From Zootoca vivipara (Eukaryota): a stretch of 64,000 nucleotides of DNA. Every line of letters starts with the position of its first letter. Within the stretch, counting starts at the first letter, position 1. Below are positions 12,865-25,673 of this stretch, piece by piece. The notes below the pieces were generated by a model. The model was not told the origin of the DNA. It did no database searches and saw only the letters and a program-made list of their open reading frames with translations. The translations under genes and the position numbers were made by a program. The stretch is from positions 79,050,001-79,114,000 of the forward strand of contig NC_083276.1 of assembly GCF_963506605.1 (NCBI RefSeq). The letters run 5' to 3'.

Positions 12865-15016
12865 ATAGTACAGAGTCAGAGGTGTCCTCGGGTTTCCGGT
12901 AAGAACAGACAGTATTGCTAATGGAACTTGGCGACCTTATTTTGATATAAAATACTTTTACACACTACCTCAATCTCCACAGATTCCGGGGTTCCAGGCA
13001 CTTACCCAGGGTTGTGTTTGCAGTGGGCAGATCAAGGCACAGAGAAGGCTAGTGTCTTTAAGAAATATGGCTTAATAACACATATTTACAACCTGAGCCT
13101 AGGATGGAGGAGTACACAACATTACATCTCCAGAGTGTCTCTCCTTGCTTCTCTCATAGCTTCAGCCACCTTGAGTCCAGAGCAGCCAGCCATCTTCCTC
13201 AGCCTCTGGGTTGCAGCCTCTCCAGCCAGCAGCCAAGATACGGTAGTTCTGCCTTTCAGCTCCTACATGAAGTTCTGACCCCTCCTTTCTCACCCCCCCC
13301 AAGTCCCTGGAAAACGCGGCCCCTCCCCTTCAGCCTCAGGGATTCCAAGCCCAGTTTTTAAAACCTGCCAATTCTCCTGTCTCTGTCCACTTCTCAGAGC
13401 CACATGGTTCCCCAGGTAATTCCTGGCCAGGAAGCTGGTTTAGCCTGCATTTTTACACTGCATTTATACTATTATTAAAAACCTTAAAATAAATCAGAAT
13501 GTAAAAAAAGCCCAATAAAAGACAACTAACTTCAGCTTAAAACACAACAACTAAAGAAATTAAACCCAGCATAAAACGTGGCAAATCAGGAGTCGCCAGC
13601 ATGGTGCCCTCCAGATGTGCCCTCCAAGACAATTTGCTACCTGAGGTGAAGCAGAAAATAGCAGCTCCTGGGAACTGTATTTTGTTAAGGGTGCTGGGTT
13701 ACAGCATAGATAGGGAATATTGGGCTCTGGGGGCCAGATGCAGTCGTCCAAGCCTCTCTGTCGGGGCTCAGATCACCCACCTCCAGTCCTGCTTTGCAGC
13801 CTCCTTGAGGGTTTTTTTTTTAACTGACTCAATGTGTCTTTGGGTGGTGAGAAGGTAGGGTGATGGTGGGAGAGTGTGCATCTTCCCTCCTTCCTCCACC
13901 CCCCCCCAAAAAACCCATGCTTCATCTTTCCATTCCACAGAGTTTGCTATGCTCCCGCTTGCTGTGCCAACCATGAGCTGCACTGTAGAGGGTGGTGTTG
14001 CTTCTGTAAGCAAACCTGGATGAATTCTTGATAAGCAGGTCATTTGCAGGATGCATAAGTTTGAATATTGTTATAAACTGTATTAGAGTTGTGCACCGCA
14101 TTCAGATAGAATCCTTTGATATAGCAATGCTGGCCCTTTGCCATTGTTTTTATTGCATTTTATCCTGTGAGGTCTCAGGAAAAGCCACAGAGGCCTGTTC
14201 TGGTCCTGTTTTTTTGGTTAGCCTAACTGATGCCATTTTGCTTCTGTAAAGAAACTGCCTGCTTTAGAATTTAGGAGGGTGAGCCACAAATATGTGAAGA
14301 CCAGATAATGTTGCTAGGTGATTTTCAGGAAAAACCTCCCTCTGCCAGGCACCTCTCTCCCCTTCAAGGTCTCCAGGCAGGGTGTCCTGTTTCAATCAGT
14401 GCAAGGAACCTCGAAAGGGGGAAGGAGAGGGGGGATGCCTATATAAAGTATGAACAAAGGCTATTTGGCATGGCTGCACTTTCACACTGGTGAGTGTGGC
14501 TCGCCCGCTCTGTTTCATTCAGCTGAATAAACGAGTAATTATGGGAATCTCCTCTGTCTATGGCATTTATTGGCCTTTCAGTGACCAATTAGCGGACTCC
14601 AACAATCCTTTAGTGTCCTTGTATCTTTTGTTCTACCCTGCCTTGAGTTGGCGGTATATAAATATTTTTATAAATAAATATTGACAAAAATTAAATTCCC
14701 TTTCCAGAATTGTTCTCTAGATCCTTCAAGTAGTCTCTGGATTAATTGACATTTATCATACACCCTGAAAAATGAATCTACAGCACAGAAATGCAAAGCA
14801 CGGGTTTTTAATAATGATTCAAGTAGGAATGATTGAAGAACATGGCAGGAGATTTCTCTAGCTTTTCTGCAGCATATGACTATTGCTTCAAAGGGAGGAG
14901 GGAGCTCCTACATCAATGACAGGATGGAAGAAATAGAAGAATGGATCGATATTTCCCAGCAAGCAATATCAGTAGTCAGCATGTGGAATTTGATTGACTC
15001 CTTCCATAGATCAGAA

Positions 15017-17807
15017 TTACTCGTCGCTGCTGCATTTGTCAATCATCTTTTTCTGAAATGAAATGAAACAAATGTAAGTACAGGCTGCTAAAGGAAATGA
15101 GGAAGGTTGGGACTAGCTGGTTCTTGGCGAGCATTACTCAGCAGCCTGCTTCCTGAACAGTAGAAGATCATGCCATGGTGAAAATGGCTGAAAGTCAATA
15201 AAAGGCAACTTTGCCTTCTATCTGTGCCTTGATTCACTTGGCTCAGCCATCAGAATAATTGGGCAGCTTTAGGGTTGGAAAAGATGGGTCTTCCTTACGA
15301 TGACACAGGCCTGCTGCATGCATATTAAACTAGAGTTATTACTGTGTGACCTGAATTAGTCTCTGATATATGGAGAAGGCTTTGGTAATATAGACGGCAA
15401 GACAAAGAATTTAGATCCTTTTTAGATCATCAGATATTAACTTGTGGCCTTTGATAGGCATAGTAAAATAATGTTTTTAAATAGCAGACTGCAAATAAAG
15501 TTTGGTGGGATGAAAGACAAGGTATAATAAATACCCAAACACAGGCAAGAAAAAAAACGGCAAAATAGATACTTACCACAAGATCATATAACCCTTCTTT
15601 TTCCTCTTCTGTAAATTTGTCCTGGGTGCAACTTTGCACCTGCTGTGCATTGTCTATCCCATACTTTGCACGAGGTATATATTTTTTAAGCTCCTCTTTT
15701 AAGTCATCCGGTGTTCCAGAAAGGAATGCAGTCACTGAATTCTGGACAGAAGGACACAGCTCAGAATAAACTGGGGGGGGGGGGACAAAATAAAAACAAA
15801 AACAAAAAGTGAATTCATACATGTTTTATTTAAACTCTTTATTGTCATCTTCGAAAAAAGAAATAATCACCTGATAACTGGATGGAAATCATATGACTCA
15901 GCTGAGAGAGCCCAGCTCAGATCCAGCTTGGATGCCCATTTCTCTGCAAGAAAGCTCCATGGGAGAAGAACTTTCTTGTGCTGACACCACATGAGGATGG
16001 TTTAAATGTTCTTTCATTACCATGTTTGTACGTCAGGGACACACAGCCCTGACCAGAGGATGCTATGTTTCCTGGGCTCTGTAGATGCAGGGAAAAAAAT
16101 ACTATACTTCCTCTGTGTAGCACTAACCAAAACTGGCCTTTCCACAGCTGAGTAATTTCTAAATTGGAGGCCATAAATATGACATCTTAACTTACCATAA
16201 AATGCACATGTCACTATGTAGTGAGATTGGGGTACCCCCGTGTGTCCAAACTCAGGCTCATGGAACGCAAAGCATTGTGGGATAAGTAAAACTGTAGCCT
16301 CCTAGGCAAAAGGGTTTTGTTTTTTTTAAAGTGAATTCTTTTCTACACCTCTACACCTAACTGCTTTCTGATTCTGCAGGCAGGGAGATGCTTATCTGAT
16401 TTACAATACAAAAGTGTGAACCCGGAGCAGCTGTGATTTAAGATGTGTATTGGGGCTGCTCCCAAGGTTATCAAGGGCTTTGTGTAGCCTGAGAATTTTG
16501 GGGAGTATTTTGCCTCAAGGTTCTTTGAGTATAAACAGAGTTTCAGCTGTGTCAGTTTTGACAATCATACGATATATGTTTGACATCTGCTATTGGTAAT
16601 TTTGTAATTAGGATCTAACTCTGATAGGCTTAATAATGGAACCCCTCCTAAAGAAAAACGGTCTGGGGAGTGAGATGCAAATCGCTCTCAGCCAGGGGTC
16701 CCCAAACTAAGGCCCGGGGGCTGGATGCGGCCCAATCGCCTTCTAAATCCGGCCCACGGACGGTCCGGGAATGAGCATGTTTTTACATGAGTAGAATGTA
16801 TCCTTTTATTTAAAATGCATCTCTGGGTTATTTGTGGGGCATAGGAATTCGTTCTTTTTTTAAAAGAAAATAAAAAATACAGTCCAGCCCACCCCGACAA
16901 GGTCTGAGAGACAGTGGACCGGCTCCCTGCTGAAAAAGTTTGCTGACCCCTGCTCTCAGCCATTGTGCTATTAGCCATCCTGTTTCAGTCATGTTGCTTA
17001 GAGAATCCTGTTGTAGCCCACTTAAACTCACTGACTATCATCTTCAGTGATTTTTAGGGTGCCCAGGTATAAAAACAGGACAGGGCTCCTGCACCTTTTA
17101 ACAGCTGTGTAAAAAGAGATTTCTGCAGCTGCACCTCCCATGCCAAACTATACAGTATATGGCATCTGGTTGCCATAACATTTTTTTAGAGCTCAGTACT
17201 ATCACTAAGGATGTAAGAAAGCACCGTTTCTGTCAGAAACTATATTACTTGTCTCACTGTCCAATGTGACAAATTTTACATAATTATGTAATTACATTGC
17301 CAATGCACTATTCCACCTCATTCGTTTCCAGACTGAAAGTGACAACGGCTAATACCGATTGCATTCAATCAACTGATTTTCATTCCAAACGTGGAACGAA
17401 TAAGTGAACAGTGGCGATTTCTGCTTCCATTTCCGTCAGAATTCTCCAATATCCCTAACTGTGGCCTGTGCAATCTTAAAGAAAGCATACTGGGAAGAAA
17501 GCCCCATTGGGCACAACAGGACTTACTTTTGAGTAAGCCTGCTTTGTATTGTGCTTTATTTGAGTGGAGGCCATGCAGAGCTGGTCCAGGAAGTCTCATT
17601 GCCTAAAATGCCCAGCTCTTGGAGTTCATTTCACTGAGATTCTACTGTATTTCATTTACAAACATTATCTCTGGTAATGTTATGCTGTACTACTTAATGT
17701 TTGCTTCTTGAGTCTATTGAAACCAAGAGCCAGATGTCTCAGTAGTGATGCTTACCTGAAGAGCAGTAGCATACTAGGGCGATGAGCAGGATGAGTGTCA
17801 GCTTCAT
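15017..17807 (-). CDS. Secretoglobin-like protein, cluster gene 3 (93 aa); exons 17807-17756, 15770-15577, 15052-15017
   Basis: TATA ~17885-17894; exons 52/194/36 nt; ATTAAA ~14807-14812 on -. Translation: MKLTLILLIALVCYCSS-VYSELCPSVQNSVTAFLSGTPDDLKEELKKYIPRAKYGIDNAQQVQSCTQDKFTEEEKEGLYDLV-KKMIDKCSSDE*. Confidence 0.89.
16693..16952. mobile_element. hAT MITE in intron 1 of gene 3
   Basis: CAGGGGTCCCCAAACT...AGTTTGCTGACCCCTG; TSD CTCTCAGC. Confidence 0.88.
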
Positions 17808-18069
17808 GATGGAGAAAAATTCTCAGATGGGTTGCAGCACACAGCAAAACTATCTGGGATCCTGAGCTGCGCAGCTCAGGCATCTATATATATAGCTCTA
17901 TGTGCCCACGAGCTGCTCCGCCTACAACACAACACATGCCCTTATTCACATTGTTCTCCTCCTCATTTCTGATCAAATGCAAAGGAGATGGAGAGTGTGC
18001 ACTGGGTGGGTTACTGTGGTGTGCCCTGTTAGAGAGTTCCTTGAGGGGACAAAATCAGTTTTTTGACTA

Positions 18070-18406
18070 CAGTGGTACCTCGGTTTATGAACACAATTGG
18101 TTCCGGAAGTCTGTTCATAAACCAAAGCGTTCATAAACTGAAGCGAACTTTTCCATTGAAAGTAATAGAAAGTGGATTAATCCGTTCCAGACGGGTCCGC
18201 GAAGTACTTAAACTGAAGCGTTCATAAACTGAAACATGGGTGTAATTGGTTCCGGAAGTCTGTTCATAAACTGAAGCGTTCATAAACTGAAGCGAACTTT
18301 CCCATTAAAAGTAATGGAAAGTGAATTAATCCGTTCCAGATGGGTCCGCGGCATTCATAAACCAAAAATTCATAAACCGAGGTGTTCATAAACCGAGGTT
18401 CCACTG
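18070..18406. mobile_element. Tc1/mariner (Tigger-like) MITE upstream of gene 3
   Basis: TA|CAGTGGTACCTCGGTTTATGAAC...GTTCATAAACCGAGGTTCCACTG|TA, with an internal ~100-bp tandem duplication. Confidence 0.85.
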
Positions 18407-18830
18407 TATTTGTATGCACTGCAGATGGGGGAGAGAGCCAGTCTGTCAGCAAACTGATACAGAATATCATCTACCTGAATTTTTGTGCCAGCTTTTAAAA
18501 GAAAAAAAGAAAAATGCTGGGGAAATGGGGTGAACTAAACAAGGTTGGCAAGATGAAGAGACCAAGATCAATTCCTACAGCACAAGGAGGGTCAGGTGTG
18601 GCTTCCTATTGACCTACATGCGGAGTGTACGTAGGATTTAAGAAGACAAGAGAGCCAAGAGAGCGTTATGGCTGTACTCTTGAGTTTCGAAGCATCAAAT
18701 CCCTGCTCACATATGAAGCTTGCTGGGTAGCCCTGGGGAAATCACTCTTTCTTGGTATAGCGTACTTTAAAGGGGTATTGTGAGGCTCGAGTGCCACACT
18801 GAGTTTCTGGGGAAGAGAATGTATCAAAAC

Positions 18831-18836
<6 letters not shown>

Positions 18837-18908
<72 letters not shown>
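18837..18908. repeat. (CT)n microsatellite
   Basis: Read directly. Confidence 0.95.
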
Positions 18909-18910
<2 letters not shown>

Positions 18911-19049
18911 GTGTTATACTTAATAGACCCTGTGTGCAGTTGCTAAATCAATTACAAATACCCTCAGGTTTTCATTCTGTGTCTTTGATTTGATTCCCGC
19001 ACCCCAACCACTTTATAAATATACAGTATAGTTACCTTCCAAATCTGCA

Positions 19050-19370
19050 TTCAATTATATGCAAATGAAATTTCAGGACAAAAGATCAGAGGTTGTAAGA
19101 TTTTCAAGGTTATAGAGAGCAAATGGTTGATGGAGGCAAAAAGGAAAGGGCAGGTTGTTCCATGGTAAGCTAAATGCAAATGATCAGTATAGCCTGAGGT
19201 TTTATAAACAGTCCAAACTATCTTGACTTTGCCAAGTATTGCTAATATGGACGTTGCTTTTAAATTCTTTAGGTCATTAAGGGATTACCTAAATTAAAGG
19301 ATGTGTATATATTGACATTTCTCCTTTGCGTATTGACTTGTGCCCAGGCCTGCATGTTTTATTCATGCGC
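19050..19370. promoter_or_regulatory. Conserved non-coding block, copy B (upstream of gene 3)
   Basis: Core TTTAGGTCATTAAGGGATTACCTAAATTAAAGGAT; two ATGCAAAT octamers. Confidence 0.6.
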
Positions 19371-19888
19371 TAATGGAATGGATTTAGGGGAGTGGCAACA
19401 CTGGGGACACCCCATCTATGATTTATAATGGAGCACAAAAGGTGGAGGGTGCTGAATTTTGAAGTTGCACAGGGCTCCACTGAAATTTGAGACCCAAGCT
19501 CCCCCACTGATGGGACTACTTCATTGGATACCACCTATTACCTTTGGGCAAGGCTAACTATGAATTCTGCTTTGAATTCTATTCACTCCCCCAAATTTTC
19601 CAGATCATCTTCATTCATTCATTTCATAAGCAGACAGTATAGACAATATTATCTTTACTAATCAGCTAGGTTTCTTCTGATTTCCTTCTCCTTTTCTTTC
19701 CTTGTTATCTTTTCCTTGTGTGGAGGAGGAATGTACTATAACTTTCTGTGGGCAAGAGGTCTGACATGGGCAGAAAGATTCCTTAGTTAAAAACAAAGTG
19801 AAAGGGGCCAAAGAGTAAAAATAAATAAATCACGGGACTTACAATGAGAAGAAATCTGACCCATTTTTAAAATGCTGTATACTATTAC

Positions 19889-19977
19889 CATAGCTGCCAA
19901 GTTTTCCCTTTTCTCACGAGGAAGCCTATTCAGCATAATGGAAAATCCCTTTAAAAAGGGATAACTTGGCAGCTATG
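19889..19977. mobile_element. 89-bp MITE (same family as 4862, opposite orientation)
   Basis: Same TIRs; TSD ACTATTAC / ACTATTAT. Confidence 0.8.
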
Positions 19978-20641
19978 ACTATTATGAGAGATCAAGAACA
20001 GCTCACCTGGTTGGGTGGAGCTGCAACAACATTTGACAGAGGCAGCATCAATTCCATGTACTGGAAGGGGAAGGTGGTGGTGAGGTCAGGGCTGTGCAGA
20101 GCCAATCTAGTGCTTACGCTAATACGTCTGTGTGGCCTAGACGGAAAATGGTCTGAGCCTGTGCAAGGCAGCTTTGTGTGTTTGGTATTAAGCGTCTGAG
20201 GCAAATTTTGCACCTTCGTAGGCTGTAGAAGAGGAGCGCTCACAAGCATGCTATCTGGTGGATCAATGGATTGATCAACCCTTAAAACCTTTTCAGGAGA
20301 TCTTGTCAAGGATAAGGAACTTATGGCCCTCCAGATGTTTCTGGAATACAACATTCCTATGCCCTGTCTGTTGGTCATGCTTACTGAGTAGATCAGTAAT
20401 ATACGAGGAGGCTACAGCCACTTTACCCCAATGCTGCTGCTTGGAGGGTATTCCGCCTCTCTGGAGATAGGTACAGTACTGCCTTTTTCATGTACTCTTA
20501 TGAGAGATAGGCAGGCTGTTTGTACATCAAGAAGCAGAGCCAGCATGGCTTCTGCATGGACAAGCCCTTTCCGACGAAGCTATTAGATTTATTTTGGAGT
20601 GTCAACATGCATATAGATTGAACTGACCCAGTGATGTAGTG

Positions 20642-21137
20642 CAGCGTTTCTCAACCGCTGTTCCGCTGTTCCGCGGCACACACTGTTCCGCGGCACACAC
20701 GCTGGCTAGTGTGCCGCGACGTGCGGCGACGAGAAGGGCGATTTGCATTGTCACGTGCCTGGCGGCCGCCAATAACCAACACTGACCCGCCAGAAAGGAA
20801 GCCGGCCGGGTCACGACGCGGGGCGAGTGCAGCTCTCAACAGCCACCACCACGGGAGGGTGGTTTTAGACAAACTTAAAGAAGCTGGCTGGATGAGCTCA
20901 ACCTGAAACTTGCTGAGCAAAGGATTGTGCTGGCAGAGAAATCAGCGGCTTGTGAAGCCTTATTACAGGAGATTGCAACCAACACAGCAATTGGCAAGTG
21001 TTTCTTACAGTCATAATTATATAGTCAATATAGGGCGGCACAGAGTTAAATTTTTTAACTTTTTTAATGGTGGTGTGCCTCGTGATTTTTTTCATGGAAC
21101 AAGTGTGCCTTGGCCCAAAAAAGGTTGAGAAACACTG
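20642..21137. mobile_element. Non-autonomous hAT element
   Basis: CAGCGTTTCTCAACC...GGTTGAGAAACACTG; TSD ATGTAGTG; CpG-rich interior. Confidence 0.88.
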
Positions 21138-21169
21138 ATGTAGTGTACCTGGGCTTTAGCAGGGTACCT

Positions 21170-22440
21170 CAGGAAAGTTTAGTAAGGTTAGCAGTCATGG
21201 AATAAGAGGAGAAGTCTTCTTGTGGGTCAGATATTGGTTAAGAAAACAGAGAACAGGAATCAATGGACAGTCCTCCAAATGGAGACATGTAGAAAGTGGA
21301 GTCTCACAAGGATTTGTATTGGGACTTGTGATATTTGGGCGTGTTTGAAAGTGATCTAGAGTTATGGGTAAGCAGTGAGGTGGCCAAGTTTGTGGAAGAT
21401 AATAGATTGTTCAGGGTCATTAGCATGAAAAGATTTTGCAAAGGGCTCCAAAAAGGCCTCTCCAAATTGAGGGAATGGGCAGTAAATGACAAATGCAATT
21501 CAGGGTAAACAAGTGTAAAATGATGCATATTGTGGTGAAAAAAAATCTTAATTTCACATATATACTCTTAAGGTCTGAACTGGCAGTGACTGATCTGGAA
21601 TGAGACCTTGGGGTAGTAGCTGAAGGAATATTTGACCAGGGTGTAGCAGCTGTGGAAAGGGCAAATCCCATGCTGAAGATGTAAGAAAAACACTAGGGCC
21701 TAATTTGAATAGTAGAGTGCTAGGTATCTGGTGGGAGGGGCTTGTGTGTTCTGCTCCAGAATCAGCCCCTCCCTTCAGTGTGTTCCGTTAAGTTTCAGTT
21801 AGGAGGGACCAGCTGTCTCTTCTTGTTTCTTGCCTCAGACTTGCCTCATGTCGTCGTATTTAGTTTCTTTCCTTATGTTATTTTGTTACAGTTTTCTTTA
21901 TTATTAAAGCTAAGTTTACATATACTGGAGCTTTATTTTTCTCAGTAAAAAAGAAACTCTGCTGAGGAAAGGTGTGGAATGTCCTAAACTGCATGAGTGA
22001 GGGGATATTGCCAGATATTGCCAGGAGGATTGATTTACAGATAATCACCCCCCACCTCCACAACAGAAGATCCGTAAAAAAGGAATTAAAAGTAAAACTG
22101 CTGGTATCATAACACCATTATACAAATCTATCAAGAAGATGGAGTAATTTCTCTGTGCGGGAAGGCTGCAGCATTTTTGACTTTTTAGTTCAGAGAAAAA
22201 AAGGTGATGTGACAGAAATTATGCATGACATGGAGAAAGTGTTTTTCTGCTTCTTTCATAACATAAGACTCATGGGCATCCAATGAAGTGGAATGCTGGA
22301 AGATTCAGGGCAGAAAGTTAAACTATGGAACTTGCTCCCTCAAGAGGCTGTGATGGCCACCAACTTGAATGGCTTTCCAAAAGGATTAGACGAATTCATG
22401 GGGGAACAAGACCATCAGTGGCTACTAGCAATGATGGCCT
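21170..22440 (+). mobile_element. Degenerate CR1 LINE RT/3' fragments (interrupted ~21680-22090)
   Basis: CR1-type RT region (GTGGCCAAGTTTG...GATAATAGATTGTTCAGG; AAGTGTAAAATGATGCAT) and 3' end (GGATTAGACGAATTCATGG). Confidence 0.65.
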
Positions 22441-24025
22441 TGTCCTACCTCCAGAGGCAACATACATCTGAATCCCAGTTGCTGGGAGTTTTAGGTGAAC
22501 AGAGTGCTGTTGTCCAGCTCAAGTCCAACTTGCAGGCTTCTCATAGGCATCTGGTTGGCCCCTGTGAGAACAGCAAGCTGGACTAGATGGGCCATTGGTC
22601 TGATCCAGCAGGATCATCATATTATATATTCTTATGTTATGTTAAGAGTCCTACCAGGTTCAGAGAAGTGCAATATGCTGCAGTAAGAGTTCTTAAACAA
22701 GAGTGCAAGCCTTGTGGGACTAAACTGAATCCATTTCCCTGCAATATCCAATTACAGTGATTTGGCAAGAAAGAAGGTATAGAGATGGGGAGCTGCTTGG
22801 AGGAAGGAGTGCCCAGGTTAAAGATGCAACAAGGACAGATTGCATTTGAGCCTCCCAGCTGAGATTAGACAGGCTCTCTCCTTGCTGAACTTCAGGCACA
22901 TGACAAAAACTCCTTTATTTTAGCAGGCATTTTAAGGTAGTGTTTGGGTTCTGTTTGGTTTCATGCCAATTTCCTTAGAAACGGGTTGAATGTTAAATCA
23001 CTCTGAGAATCATAGCTATGGGAATAGGAGTCTCCTAAGAACTCTCAGAACCTTAATAAAGTATATTTCCCAGAATTCTTTGGGAGAAGCCACAACAGTT
23101 AAAGTGTTATTGATAGTGTTATAACTGTATTGTGCAGATGAGGCCACTGACTAGAGTCACATAATGCATTTGGCATTCTTTGTTCCTTATCAATTGCCAC
23201 AGACACAGTGTCCATATTGAAATGTTCGTCCTTTTGTTCATCATCCCTGGGCTAATCATATTGCCTGCAGAAAGGTCTTGTCTATTTTGAAAAAGTGGGC
23301 AAATGAACGGTGTTCTCTAGCTTATCGTTGCTCCCTTCCTTTAACCTTGTAATATAAGCTCCTGACTGTCTAGCACATGTCAGTATCATGAGCGTGCGAG
23401 GGCATTTACTCACATTTGTGGGGTGTGGGTGTGTGAGCATATCAATTCTATCAGCTGCATTCCTGTTCCTGGGATCAGAGCTGGGACCCATAAACTCTAC
23501 CATCTGCTTCCATGACTTTCTGGAATCAATGTATCTGACTGATCATTATGGCACTTTGTCCCTAGTACTAGCCACTCCCCCCCCCCACAAAAAAAGTTTG
23601 GAAGTTGGGGAAGCACAACTGCCTCTCTCTCAAGCTAGCAGCACAAGGGCCCTCTCTAAATTGTAGAGAAGGGCTGGGCCAGCAACTCTCTATTCAGAAT
23701 ATTCCTTCTTCTGCTCTAACACAGTCTCTGGCTGGCTCTAGGAAATCTCAAAGAGATCAGTGCAAAAGGCACACATTTAACAGCCTACAGGAATGAAACT
23801 TGAGCAAAGGAATGTAAGGCAGTAAATTTAATAATGATTTGGATATGACTGATTGCAGAACAGCACATGAGATTTCTCTAGGTTTTCTGTAGCATAATGA
23901 TTATTGCCCCACAGGGAGCTTCTTTGAACAATGACAGTGCAAGGGAAATAGAAGAATGGATCAATAATATGATATTTCAGGAATTGGTAGTCAGCTTGTG
24001 GAATCAGCGCAGCAACATCCGAAGA

Positions 24026-25623
24026 TCAGTTCTTCCAGTCTTTTTTGCAGCTGTGCATTAAGTTTTTCTGAAATTAAATGAAATCCGGGTGAGTACAGAA
24101 TGTTGAAGGAGAAAGAAGAAAGAAACCACAGGCATGCAGTGTAGCTCCAGTGAGTTTATGTACTGTACGTATTTTCATATACTCTTGCTCACCACTTAGA
24201 TANNNNNNNNNNNNNNNNNNNNNNNNNNNNNNNNNNNNNNNNNNNNNNNNNNNNNNNNNNNNNNNNNNNNNNNNNNNNNNNNNNNNNNNNNNNNNNNNNN
24301 NNNNNNNNNNNNNNNNNNNNNNNNNNNNNNNNNNNNNNNNNNNNNNNNNNNNGGGTTAATCTGAAGGGCCACCAAGGGCTGTACCAGGGCCTGCTGGTGA
24401 AGAATGGCTGGGAGATTAGAAAGGTAATGAACAGCTGGGAGAGGCACATCTATTGGCCATGAGGCTTCAGGGGTCCTTATGAATGAGGAGGAGGGGAAGG
24501 GGTGAGGTAGACAGGGCTTGAGGGAGTTCTAGTCGAGCCAACGCAAGGGTGTTGGACGAAAAAGTATTTGTGTCTTGGATTTAATCATCAGCCTGCTTCT
24601 CAAACAGTAGAAGATTGCCTCATGGGGTGGTATATTTGCCTCCTCTCTGTCAGTGGTGGAGCTTCAAGCTCTGGCGGGGTGGGGGGGTGGAGAGCAGGCA
24701 GGGGCATGGCTGGTGCGCATCCTGGGGGCATGGCATGCCGCCAGCGGGGGTGTGGCACCCAGTGAAGGGGGGGAGCTGTGATAGCACCCCACTGGGATCG
24801 TTCCTCCACCAGTACTCTCTGTACCTCAGTTTGCATGTATGGCATAGGGCATAGGCAACCTGCGTAATGACCGCTCTCCCATCAACCGGAGGGTGCCCTT
24901 TGCATGGCCACGCACAGTACCCTGATCCCTGAGACAATGGCAGAAGTTCCTGGTCCACCTCCCCACGTCACAGCCCTTTTTTGAGGTTCCTGCCAAACCT
25001 CAGTTTTAATAAACCTAGGTGGGGGGGGGAGTTTTTTTCCCCCAGTTCTGTATTTTGTACTCTAATAAATTCATAAATAAAAATGAAATAAAAAATTAGA
25101 TTGGAGGGAAAAACATATACATCCTGGGTTGGATTCAATTAACCCAGTTTGCTAGCAGAAGTCAGTGCACAGGCTCCCACTAGTGTAATATGACTCCGCT
25201 TCTACTCCCCCCCCCCATCCCTTCTGGGGGAGGTCAGGAGAACCCCCAGAACAGCATGCAGCAGGAGGAAAGAGGAGATCATTCTGTTTGGCAAGCACAA
25301 TATCATATTCCTCCCCCTGTCTCTTGTTATGCGTTAGAAGCACAAAAAGCCAGCCAGAAAAAGGACAATGCTTAAAATTACCAGAAGTTTCAAGTATTCC
25401 GAACGTTTCTCATCTGAAAATGTGTCAATAAGATCTTTTACGTCCTTTGCAGCTTGGATGCCATCTTCATTGTCTGAATAACGTTCAAGTTCTTCCAAAT
25501 ACTCAGAATCTGTTCCAGAAAACTTGGCACCCAGAAACTTCTCCATAGGTTTGCATGTTTTGTGGGAATCTAGGAAGAAGGAAAATAAAAACCCAAACAG
25601 GCTGTAAAAAACGCTTTAAACCT

Positions 25624-25673
<50 letters not shown>

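Noticed and set aside
14000-14604. Possible solo LTR (TATA at ~14440, AATAAA at ~14526, ends CAACA)
   Set aside because: No matching 5' end or TSD could be found.
18090-18400. Regularly repeated GTTCATAAAC units resembling a CRISPR array
   Set aside because: Internal repeats of a Tc1/mariner MITE in eukaryotic DNA; no unique spacers or cas genes.
24150-24449. ORFs full of X
   Set aside because: Artefacts of the N gap.
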